From Amphiscolops sp. MND2022 (taxonomy: Eukaryota), in NCBI GenBank assembly GCA_964187785.1, contig OZ076409.1:56174001-56238000 (forward strand): DNA of 64,000 bases. The letters run 5' to 3'. The translations under genes were made by a program, and so were the position numbers. This document shows positions 26,601 through 38,700 of this stretch, piece after piece (position 1 is the stretch's first letter; every line of letters starts with the position of its first letter). The notes beneath the pieces were generated by a model. That model searched no databases. It was not told where the DNA came from and was given only the letters and a program-made list of their open reading frames with translations.

Positions 26601-28390
26601 ATACTCACATGTATGTGAATGAACTCATCAAATGCAATGAAAATGAACAATATGATGAATATTTTTGGTTCCCTACACCTGAGAATCCAGGGAACAAAGA
26701 AGTGCATACGCCAATGCAACGACGAATATTGAAGAAAATCCGTGAACTCAATAAAAAAGAACAGTTAGAGCCAACGAAAGACCAAACATCAAGAAAATTA
26801 TTACTAGAAATGTTTCAATGGGAAGGCTCTCAAGTTGAAGGAAATGACAGGAAACAATTAGAGCAAACGATAGTCGAATACAATGATATTTTCGCGCTTC
26901 ACCGACTTGACATTGGCATAAACAACACTTTTAAAGTAAAACTAACTCCGAAGGATGAACGTCCAATCTACACACAAAGCCTAACGGTACAAATCAACTT
27001 GAAAGAAGACTTAAGAGTCGAATTGGCACTAATGCACAGGTACGGCATAATAACGACACTACCATTTTCAAAATATGCAAGCCCGATTTCCTTACAACGC
27101 AAACCAAATGGAAAATTTTGTCTACTTGTCCACCTACGGAAAATAAATGCACTAATCTCAGATGATTACATTAACAATAATCAACCAGTCAGCACCCTGT
27201 CAGACGCAGCACAACACCTACCCGGTAAAAAGTTGTTCTGCAAATTAGACTGCTCTCAGGCATATACCTGCCTACAAATGGCAGATCAACGATCGATAGA
27301 AATGCTCGCCTTCAACTTGGCATGCAGAACGTTCACCTACAAACGACTAGCGCAAGGATTAAGCAGAGCCCTATCAGCATTTTCAAGTTTCATGCAGGAG
27401 TATTTCGACAAAGTGATCAAACCCGACCAGTGTGCACAATACGTGGACGACATTGGAATAGCCGCCAATCCAATGACGCAACTAATACGCAACATTCGGA
27501 GCGTCTTTGAATGCAATTGACAAGTAGGACTCAAACTATCTATCGACAAACGCCACTTCGGAGTAACTAAGGTCGAAATTCTTAGAAGAGCCATAACACC
27601 GCAAGGAATCGCCCCCAGGACCACAAAATCCAAAAATTATCAGCAAACGTGCGATTCCCGAAGTCAGAGAAACAAGTAAAAAGACACATAGGCTTTGTCA
27701 ACTATTATCGCATCTAGATGCCGCAGCTGTCAAAAAAATTACTTGGATTTTACGAACTTTTGAAAGCAGATATACAAATCAAGGTGACTCAAGACTTACT
27801 AGACATTTACAAAGCGATCAACGCAGCACTAGCGGAAGCATGCGGATTGGCCCTCAAACAACCAATCACAGGACGTCAATACGTCCTAATGATGGACGCC
27901 AGCTTCCGCGCCTCAGGATATACGCTAATGATCGAAGAAGAAAAAGATAAAAAACTCAATTCCAAAAAAAAATGTGTCATCACCAGCACAACGGAAAATG
28001 TCAATTTATTGTAAAGAGTTTTTGGCAATATATCACGCATCTTTAGAATGCTGCCAAATATTGTGGGAAACAACTCTACATACACTGGTAATGACCGACA
28101 ACCGATCGGTAACACGCTTTATTCAAACAAAGGCGATCCCGACCACATTATGGAACGCATGCGATTATGTGCTACCATTCAACTTTCACATCATGCACGT
28201 AGCAGGAACGCAAAACACAGCGGCAGAATTCCTATCCAGAACCGACCTCAACTCTAAAGAAAGAATCGAACGAAAAATCAGAAATGACATCACGATCCGA
28301 ACAATACAAGTCAACCTACAATCAACAGACGTCGCAGACGCAGAACAGCTTTTTCTTCCCAGAAGAAACAATTGAAACTGAAGAAGAGTG
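23700..28390 (+). mobile_element. Ty3/Gypsy LTR retrotransposon, degenerate and 3'-truncated before integrase (partial 5' LTR, gag, protease, RT, RNase H)
   Basis: TATA (tataaata ~23737) and AATAAA (~23858); gag zinc knuckle CFYCYMFGHFKAEC; protease 'LVDSG' (~25915); RT 'KLDCSQAY', 'LAQGL' and 'YVDDI' (~27440); RNase H 'DAS' and 'TDNRSV'. Stops and frameshifts throughout. Confidence 0.93.
24288..24301 (+). other. Putative primer-binding site (tRNA-Leu-like) directly after an LTR-end-like ...CGTAACA
   Basis: cgtaaca|tggtgacaggagtg. It differs at one base from the complement of the metazoan tRNA-Leu(CAG) 3' end (TGGTGTCAGGAGTG), as recalled from memory. Confidence 0.55.
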
Positions 28391-29444
28391 TTGGCGCCTC
28401 AAACTTTATTCAGAAAAATTGAAGAAAAAATAGGTCGAATTAGCTGATTTCAAAATGCTGTAAAAATGTGTAGAATTGAAATTGAGTGCTAGCTTTCCTT
28501 CCCTTCGACATATTTTGACCCAAATGAGATATCTAGACTATAAAATCGAAAATCTGAGCCAAAAAATTTCAAAATCTTTTCTTCTGGATCTTTTTTGATC
28601 AATTTTTCAAAATGAGTGCATAATTGAGCTTCATTCTTTGTATCGTATTTAATTGCTTATGAACGCCATATTGGGGCTATGTGGGCGTTCCTAGTACCCA
28701 CGAGGGGTATTTGAGACAATTGCTAATTATTTAACAGCAAATAACACGTGTAAAACTATGCCTTGATCTTGCTAAAATGTATGCTTTTCATATATACTTT
28801 TACATAATTTTTTGTATACTTACTACTCAGCAAGGCAATTTATATCAACTTACTCTGTATATCAAGGCGCTTTTATGATGATGGTAAATTTGACCACAAA
28901 CATTCGCCATGGGTTATTTCCTGTATGCTAAAGTAACCAGAGTTAACTTCAACCAAGACCCAGAACCAAGTCACAGAACTCAGAACCAAGAAGAGATCCC
29001 AAATCGGTCGACTTTGCTACTCAAGTATTGAAGAAAGTAAACGCTTGGAAGTTTCTCGTTCATTTAATTCAATTAGGTTTGGCTATTGGAGAGCTTTTTT
29101 TGAGTTGAACAAGTGATATTATTGTTTCGAAATTCCAACATCAATTTACCTATATTGCATATGGTTGCGATATTTCAGCTCGAGAAAGTTATTGTGGACG
29201 CAAGGATTTAGACTTATCGTTTGGTTTAGCAGATCAACCACGCTTCTCCGTATCGAGACAGCTAAGTTGATTCCTATAGTCATCGTTTAAAATATCGAAG
29301 TTACTTTATAGTTGCGAAACAGAATAAGTGTAAAGTCAAAGATACAGTAATTGCTTCACCGACATCAGAAACTTATTCAAAGTAACTCTAGCTGATTTTC
29401 AATTGAAGATAGATGCGATATCATCTATTCAAAGTTTCAAAAAC

Positions 29445-30016
29445 CAGAAATCTGTTATATTCTGATAGCTAAGGAAAAGGGCTCGATATTGCTAACTTTA
29501 ACGTTTTATCATTGCCTGGAGCAAAAACAGCACGTTTACAATTTTATTCCCAGAATGGATCTTTATGATATCATCGTCCTATTTATAGGTGGTAACAACC
29601 TATTTGTCACTACGTCAGAAAATTTAGTTCGACAGATATCCGATCTTGCAAATCTTTTGTTAACCAAAGCCAAAAAGGTTTTCGTACATGGTATACCTTT
29701 ACGCAACTCTCAACTTTCCCAAGCAAAAGAAGATAATTCTGTACTTGCTCCTTGTCAAGGAGGCTGGAAATTTAGAGGAATTTCCAGGCAAGTGTTTGGT
29801 AACAAACACCTAAAAAAGGATAACGTTCATTTGAACTCCAACGGGTTGAGTGGAATCACCTATATTCTAAAAGGCAAGATATTTTACAAAAAAAATTGTC
29901 CGGAGATTGAAGAGGAAGGACATCTCGAAATTATTGTTTGTAGTGGATTTGCAAGTGCATTTCCTGGACAAATTAGTTTTAAAATTGTCCGCCAGTTGTC
30001 AACAAGGCCGTCGTAA
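29445..30016 (+). pseudogene. Degenerate SGNH/GDSL esterase-like ORF, probably TE-borne
   Basis: Block-I-like 'ISDS' followed by a stop (~29458), block-II-like 'SLPGA', block III 'LFIGGNN' and block V 'DNVHLN'. Frameshift near 29520. Confidence 0.65.
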
Positions 30017-30061
30017 AGCTTGGTAAGTAGTTCGCTAGTTTACCTTGCAGACGTAAAATTC

Positions 30062-31824
30062 TAGTGCCGCGACCCGGGGAGGCACTTTACAGGTTTACCT
30101 ATCTTGCGTCAGTTTTCCCTACCATTGTGTATTTTACCTATCTGACAGTTGTAAGTCAGGCGAAAAGAAAAGGGCTGAAGGTGGTCTTTACGATCCTCAA
30201 TATATGAATGATCGTGTCGTGTGAATGAAAAATGGAACACAAAGAAAAGTCCCATTTTCGGATTCATTGAAAAACTCATCTGCGTTGAGTGACTGGATCA
30301 ATCATGAAAAACGAGTAGCTGAAATTGTCTCGACAATTCGAAGTATGGAAAATGACTTTCAGAGTTTGAAGTCTAAGACGCCAGCCCTCTGGACCGATAT
30401 GGTCAATTTTTGTTTGAAATATTGTGCTTCTAAGGACGAATTAAAGGAAGAATTCGAACTATTTTTCGATGTTGAAAGAAAGGCACCAAGGCGACCGCAA
30501 AGAAGCTCTTACAAAACTAAATTTAGAACTCGAAGACCGATTCAAAAAATGGCGTGAAAATCAGGACAATCTTGGGTATATTAGCTCGCTTCCAAAAAGA
30601 TTGAAGGATGAGAGAGAATTACTCAAGATTTGCAAGGTCGTAAATCAATTCGCTGAATTGAAACGAAATTTGTCTCGTGAAATAGATACGATTAACAACT
30701 TAATGCAACAAGACGAAAGGTCAAGTAAAGTGAAATCATCTTTTCAAAAACTTCAAGAAACAAAAACAAAGCTGGACAGGACTTACGAAAATGCTTGTGG
30801 CCTGCTGCAAGCGGAATCAGTTGGCAGCCTGTCATTATTTGAAAACTATGTAAAAGAATTCAGTTTAAAGACACAACAAGCGACGACAGATTCGTTGAAC
30901 TATGTCGATCGTTCGAATGAAGAAAAAACCATTGGAACTTACCAATGACCTCAGATGAGGTGGAGGAAAATAATTCCCGGAAGGACACTCCAGTGACTTC
31001 CAATGACGACGAGGACGGTCAAACTCAGAGTTGGAAAAGAGTTTGAAGCTGCTTAGAGACGTGAACCAATCGACCGTTTTCGACAAAAATGAGAATCTTA
31101 CGGAAGTTGCTCCTCGAAAACCAGGATCAGTGACTTTGAGTACAGTAGAGACGTTCATTAGTGGACTTCTCACCTTCAAGAACTTTCCCGAAAAGTGATA
31201 CTTGCAAACCTCCGGGGTTCAAAGTAGGTTCCGATATGTCAAGGTTAAGTGAACGACGACGCTTGGAGATGTATGCTGAAGTACTAGAGCGAAAGTCTAT
31301 TAGAAATTGAGAAAAGGCAGCGAGAATTAAATTTGGAGAAATCAAAGAAACAAATGGAAATGGACAGGAGGCTTTTAGAATTAGAAGCGGAAGCTGAAAT
31401 GGAAAGCAGAAAAGCGCTTGAGCAGCAGGGAATGCGACTGAAAATAGAAGAGGCTGAGAGGTCAGTTCGTGCTTTGTCGATTTGTCCAAGCTTGATGTCT
31501 CTCACACTTGAAGAAGACAAAAAGAGTGATATCAGAAGCTGGTTAGAACGAAGTGATGAAAATCTCGAAAAGGGTTTCTCAACGAAGGAATCTAGTAGAG
31601 AGGTAGAAATCAAAGGTGGGTCAAGTAGACTACCTAAGAGATTTCCAAAACATTCTCCTCAGAGAAATCAATTGATGCCTTCGCAACCTCAAATCAGAGG
31701 TACCAGTAAGTCACCTCCGAGAAAAATCACTGGAATCACTTTTCAGAAAACAAACCTTTACTTCGGCAAGGCAATGACGAACCGAAGCCTAAACATGAAT
31801 TCACGAATTCCACTTTCAAAGTAG
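30062..31824 (+). mobile_element. Probable BEL/Pao LTR retrotransposon 5' fragment (coiled-coil gag N-terminus), truncated
   Basis: Frameshifted coiled-coil ORFs 30225-30948 and 31333-31824 ('LELEAEAE...KIEEAERSV...IRSWLE'). A degenerate tRNA-His-like PBS (tagtgccgcgacccgg) lies at 30062. No pol sequence is present. Confidence 0.5.
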
Positions 31825-32745
31825 AAAATAAGTCACAAAATAAGCCTTGAAGGAATGATCACATTCACGGCTTCTATAACATTTCAGAAATATTAGTAAA
31901 AAGCTTATTTCTACAAAAACCTGTCTTTTTTCATACTAGAAGTTTGCAAATTGTACCTTATTTGCAAATACAAACTTTTTGGAAACCGTGGTATTTTTTG
32001 AGTATTCTAACAAATCTTTAGTCCGAAACTTTTGTCAAATGAGAGACTGCGAAGCTCCCACTACTAAAAGTTCATCAGGCAACAAACTATTTGACAATAT
32101 ATTTTGTTCAATTATATGGACATCAGTGAGGTGTGTAAAAAAACAACTTGAGACAAAGACTTTATCTTCGCATTCACATTATACCAGAACAAAGAATAAT
32201 TTGAGGTATTTCAAAAATAATAACAGAAGACATTATAAACTAAAATTGCAGTTCGACAATAAATAAATGCCATATTGAATCTTCAGCAAAAGTGATGGCT
32301 GATTATATCAAACTAAATAACGTAAAAGCGGATAAAACCTGTCGTACCTCACCACACATAACCCCTAACTGCGTATAACAAATTATAATCAAATACAATT
32401 AGTTTGTGCTAAAATTTCGGTGATGTCGACATAAACTTCCACAACGGTTCACAGTTAAAATTTGCTGACTATATTTCATGCTATAGTTTTGCGTTAGAAT
32501 TGGGCCCTTCCAATGCGAATTTTTCAACGGACTTTCATTGCCAAAATTGTTCATTTGTAATCTTTTCCAGTAGTCTGGGGAAGAAGAATAACGAAGAGTA
32601 TTGAAGAAATCTGCCAGTTTTACCGAAATCGTTTCGAGTTTGATAGTGGCAAAAATAGTCGGTTTAGATTTCGGAATAGCTATTTTTGCTTTGCCATTGA
32701 ACCGCGTGGCATTTTTCTACATTTTGGACATTAGCGCGAGAGGTA

Positions 32746-35700
32746 TCAGAGGTACCACAGTTTATCTTCAAGCTGGGGGTGTGATTTTCCTTCAATGTTC
32801 ATACCCACTAACTGGGCTAGCTTGTGTGCGTATTGGCAGGGGGCCGGTACTCTCACGCTGCCGGGCCAGTTGTAATATAAAAACGTCATCTTGAAGGCGA
32901 GGCTGAAACAAATAAGACTTCGTGTGAATATATTTCATGATGTTGAAATCATTTTTCCAATTTCAAGAAATGTTTTCGAATATTTTGACAAAAAATATAT
33001 AGCCAAAAACTCAGATGTTGCCCTAAAATAAAACCATTTGATCAACTAATAGCTTAAGTAATCAATAACCTTTGAATAGGAGATAAACGAGGGGCCCGAA
33101 CAGGAAACCATAAAAAATTTTATGCAAAAAATTTGACAATACACATTCTTCAAAGACAGAAAATTCGAAGTTTCAAAACAGAGTTAACATAACGTATTCA
33201 AGTGACACAGACTCTAATATACATGTATTTGAGTAGTTTCCACCATATGGGTCAACATCCAGCATCCAATGTTCGGTCTAGATGCAATGTCAACGACATT
33301 TAATCCATCATTTATGTAGAAAGTGTTTGACATATTCAGCAAATTCAGCTTAAGCTTGAATTTAGCGTGAATATCATGGAAAAAATCATATAATTATATA
33401 TCGAGAAGAGCTCAAGCGAATTAACTTACTTTTGTAGTGAGTCGATGGAGAAAGGTTTGGGTGAATTGAAGCCGGAAGAGTTCTCAGAAACAACGTATCT
33501 GGTTGGTGTGACAGTGCCTTGTCTCACGTGCTGGCTTACCAGATAAAAATCAAGGAAACCTCTTTTGGTTATGACTTTGTCCACCACCGTTCCCGGCTGT
33601 GCGTTAACAACGCCAGAGTGACCATACGCAAAGATCCTAGTCGAGATTCTTTTTTGCACAATGATAAAAGCAAATCCAGGGGTGTATTTCTCAGAGATCT
33701 CTCTGAACGCTTCCTTCATTAACACGATCTCCGTTTCTTTCACTACTTGAATTTGGCCATCGCCCACGCCGTCACGGAAGACAACAATGTTGTCGGGAAA
33801 GAAGCCGTTTTCCTAAATAGAAAGTTGTTGACAAATGTGTAGAACCAAATGTATAGAATCGTAGCAAGACAATTCGTACACAAGACGTTTCGGACAAAGT
33901 ATAAAGTCGGACATTTCGTGCAAAAATAAAATCGGAAATTTCGTACACAAGCGGATACAAATTTGAGCTTACACGAACAAAACGATTTATCTCACATCAT
34001 TTTGAACTTTTTACCTCATTTTAATCTCGTTATCTCACTTTAATCTCGTTTTTACCTCATTTTAATTCAAATTTAGTACGAAAAGTCTTGTGCACGAAAT
34101 AACCGCTTTCATTTTTGTACGAAACGTCCGGTTTTTGGCCATTGTACGAAACGTCCTATGTACAAATTGTCGTGGTGCCGTATAGAATAATTGTGAAGCA
34201 AATTAGAGTAAGGCGATTAATTCGAATTATTTGCAAATAGAAAATAAAACTGAAAATAGGAAAAACTAAATTGTTCTTCAGCCAAATATTTTCTAGCGGA
34301 GACATTTATTCTATTGGTGGTTCAAATGAGACACAGCGTTATGCTCAACCTCAATATCTTGTAACTTGAACATGGGGACGCTCAAGAATGTTTACGCTCA
34401 AGATAATTGAATAAAATTTTACAAATAGTCACACATTTGGTGCAGCGTGATGAATTAACCACACTCTAATTAACCATGAACAGCTCTGAAAATATCATTT
34501 CGGATAAGAAGGCGCAATGAAATTCTCACATTCAAGAGAATTTTCCTCCTGTCGAACATTCAACAAAATGCAGTGATTTTTAAATGGCGTTGTATGTGCA
34601 CAATTACCTGTTATTAACCCATTATTAATTGTTTCCCTGTGCCTTTTCTTCGTCACCCCTCATAGACAGAAGACCATAACAGAGAAATCGGATAATTTAG
34701 TCACCAAATTTCGCAAACTTCATCAAAGTTGCTCACAATAACATTTAGTGACGATGTTGGGGCTGACAGATTGACAAATTTAAAAAATACAAACCAACAA
34801 CAATTTTCTACAACATGGGATGCGAATACTTCAAGAAAATCGCACCCTCTGAAGCTCTGAACAAAATTCTGCCTATCGCAGAAGTTTAAACCTCCTGGAA
34901 AGATTCAAAAGGACGAAGTGTCACTTGGAAAAAGGAAATGATTTAATGACATTTGAGACTCAGATTGCCGAAAAATGTTCCATATTGTGAAAATTTCGAA
35001 TGAAAAATTTAAATAAACAAAATCCTTAAAAATTCATAAAACATGCATTCATGTTCGTTTGAAAATGATACAATAACAAGCCAGGAAATACATAAGTTGG
35101 CGCCCCGTTTTTAGGCTCAAAAAGACCGAAAGTACTTCTAAGAGTCAAGGATGGTCTACTGAAAAATAGGTCCCTGCGGGGCACAGTATTATTTCTGCTT
35201 TTAGCCTTTCATGTTCAATAACAGAAGCATATCTTAATCATTTATATAGCGCACAATCAATTGACCAGTTTACATCGCCTTTAATTCTTCTCGTACTTAA
35301 AACAACTAAGCGTATACCAAGTTTCGCATTCGCATTTGAATGCAGGCGAAGTTCTCGTCGAACGAATAATTAACACTCGTTCGCTTCATCTCAAAGAATT
35401 CGGCGTACGAATGCATAATTACCACTCGCTCGTTCCATCGCACGAGAAACCGAATTGTTGTCGGCAGCTTGAGAAATTTAAATCTCACGCTTATACTCAC
35501 TGCCGAACAAAATATCTGCATTTTTCAGTATCACGACAAGAATTGTACTGAACAAAAAAAGTTGATTTCTTGAGATTTCAATAATATTCCTGCTATCGCA
35601 GAAATAATAATGATTTTTCAATGTCACAGTACCAAAAACAAAAGGAGACCATTTGGGGCTTAACCCTAAATGTACAAAAATTTCACGAAGCCATCCAAAA

Positions 35701-38700
35701 ATCTAGCGCTCAAACTTTAAACGGCAATACCTTCTAAACTATTCAAGTCCAACAAACAATTCATAGCGCGTTTAAAAGACAATCAGGGCTTTCAAAATGA
35801 TTCAAATCGGCGCCAAAACATTATAAAAAAATTCAGTATTTTCCAAAACATGCTACGGCCGTTGCGACACAATCTTTATACACATGGAATAAAATGGCCA
35901 CAAACGAAAACTGGAAAAACTGAAAATGTGCACTCCGGTTTTTAGTCGGCGTTTTCGAAGAAAATCCCGACTGTTACAGTGGCTAGTTTTTTATCCGTCA
36001 GTTCAACGCGAAACGTCCACTTTTTGTGCATTAATGCACATTTACCAACTTTTACCATATGTACTTAGTATTTCATTTTCAACGCATCCAAAGCCTCTAA
36101 CATGAGATAAAAAGCCATTCCAAAGCAGAAGGGTCCACTTTTTTCGACACTATGAGACTTTCCTCCTTTGTCGGCACTGTGAGACTGAATTTTTTCTTAT
36201 TGTTCCTCCCATCAATTTTTGATATTTTGCAACAGAATGGATGTTCAAAAAATCCCAAAGCGTCCCCCCTTTTACATTTTTCGGCAATATGCGACTTACC
36301 GGCAACTTCAAAAAAATTTCGAAAAAAAATTCGGAATTTTTTTCTCAAATTTTAGTTTTTTGAGAGCTTTTGTTGTCTCCAGTTGTAGAAAAAGTGGTTT
36401 TCGTTTTAGAGTCTTTTTGAGCCTTGGATATAGCGCCGACTTGGGCCGTTCCCGGCTTGTTCGATATTCAGGCCACAATTTCTTGATTTCAGAGTCATTA
36501 AGTGCATAATTCGTGAAGAGGCGTTCAATGCTGTGTAATATTGTCTAAAAATGTTATTCAAGAGTTTTTCCCCATACATTCAGCTAGTGCCTACAGAATT
36601 TTGGAGAAACTAATTGGTACGAATACGACCCAATCGTCCATTAGGTTTAAAGTGGCCCTTTTTGCTTTCATCTTCATCAGAAACAAAAACTTCTTTCCAC
36701 CAGAAACTATAGAACCAAAACGAGAACCATTTGTGAAATGAAGTGTGGAATTTTGAATATTTTGGCTTTCGGCATGAAATGGTCACTGTGACCGGATTGA
36801 AAGAAGAACGACGAAAAGTCACTATGAAAGTCTCGTTTTATTTCATTAATCGCCGACTAAAAAGACCTAAGACGAGATTCGCAAAATTTGAGCTATAGAG
36901 AAAGTTTGGTTTGAGCAAACAATTTCACCAATTCTTCCAGGTACAGTTCCGTGAAAAAGAAATCACACGAGCGATTAGGGGCTCAGTCTTCTCGAAATCG
37001 GTCGATAACTTTATAAAAAACCTAATGCTTCTTACAATTTCTTGTTTTCTGAACTAGTATTTTTTTGGAATTTTAGAGAAAAATTATGAAATTACAACTA
37101 GATTTTAAAGAAAATCAGGACTTTTTGCCGTTTCTCCAAATTTTGACGATTTTACGTACTGCTTTTTCTGGGCTAAACATATTCGACCAACTACACCAAA
37201 CCTACCGAAGCCATGGATATATTTTGATCTCAAAAAGAGGCCCTTGTGGGGCAGAGTATTATTTCTGCTTCAGGATTCCATTTCCAATAAAAGAAGCATA
37301 TCTGGAATACCTAAACACCACTGTTTTATCATCATATAGCGCACAATTATTCACTGTACCAGTTACCAGTTTACACCACCTTTAATTCGTCTCGGACTAA
37401 ATTTATAAAACAACTCAGCGTATACGAAGTTTCGAATTTGCATTTGAATGCAGGCGAAGCTTTCGGTAAAAGAAGTAATACTCATTCGCTTCATTCCAAT
37501 GAACTTGGCGTACGAATGCATAAATTAACACTCGCTCGCTTCATCGCACAAGAATTGAATTGTCGTCAGCAGCTCGAGAAATTCAAATCTCGCGCTATAA
37601 ACTCACTGCCGAACAAAATATCTGAATCTTTTCCAGTAGGTACTCGGATAACGAACATACTCGGCTGAAAAAGAACAACCTCGCTTTCCAGTTTCTATAT
37701 TACTCCTGCTATCGCAGAAATAATAAAAATGACAAACCCGAAAATGCGGGCTATCGTAAAATTCCAATTTAAATGTTCTATGATAGGAAATCTAGTTTTC
37801 GCGGTGAAACCTGCTATCACTAATTCATTTAAAACGTTTCTGGCACAAAAAAAATATAACACTGGAATTTAGACAATGTGCGGAATCCATGCAAGTTCTT
37901 GAAACTTTTTCAAAACCTGCTCAAAACTGGGAAATATCTGAAGTGCTCTTTCTGCGCCTGAAATTTCACTTAATGCACCGGGGAATCCACAATGCGTCGA
38001 AACCCTAAACATCCGAAGTTCAAAAATGATTTCAGACAGCAAAAATTTTCTTAATCGTGGATTCTGATTGATTGAAAATAAAATCGACTGGAATTTATTA
38101 CACAGTCAGCTAAATTCTCATTCACCTAGTACCCTAAATGCAAGAGCGAAGCAAATTGGCATGCCACTATTAGTCAAGCAGCTGGTTTTGACGAAGGCTG
38201 ACTGACCTGGAGGTTTACACTCAGTTGGTTTGAAAAGTTTTGTTCTGAAATTTTCGGAAAATTTCAAATCTGACTTCATTTCCTTGAAAAACTTCAACTA
38301 AATTAGTATAAGCTGCTTTAAGTTGTTAGATACTTGTGAAAATTTTTGATACTAGTATTTTCGAATCATAACTATTTGTATCATTTATTACAAACCTCTT
38401 TGTATCTATATAGCGCTTTTAGAGTAGCATTTTTGAGGTGATTGGTGACCAGCTCCTCTCCAGTACCCTGAGAAAATGATTGCGAAAAGTATTTGGACGC
38501 TCCTGGATTGCGCGAGGCCACGAAACCCACAACACTATTCGTCTTGCCGCGGGCCTGATGGTACACGTCCATACCAATGAACATCGTTTTGGCCTGCCAA
38601 CATCATACATCTTAAGTACGACAAACCTAAATTGAAACAAACGCACTGCTGTGATCCGAGAGAAACACAATGATGTTAATTTAGAGACAGTAAATTTCGA

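Noticed and set aside
29445..30016. oskar-like gene (SGNH domain near piwi)
   Set aside because: No LOTUS domain is present, the ORF is disrupted, and it sits among TE fragments.
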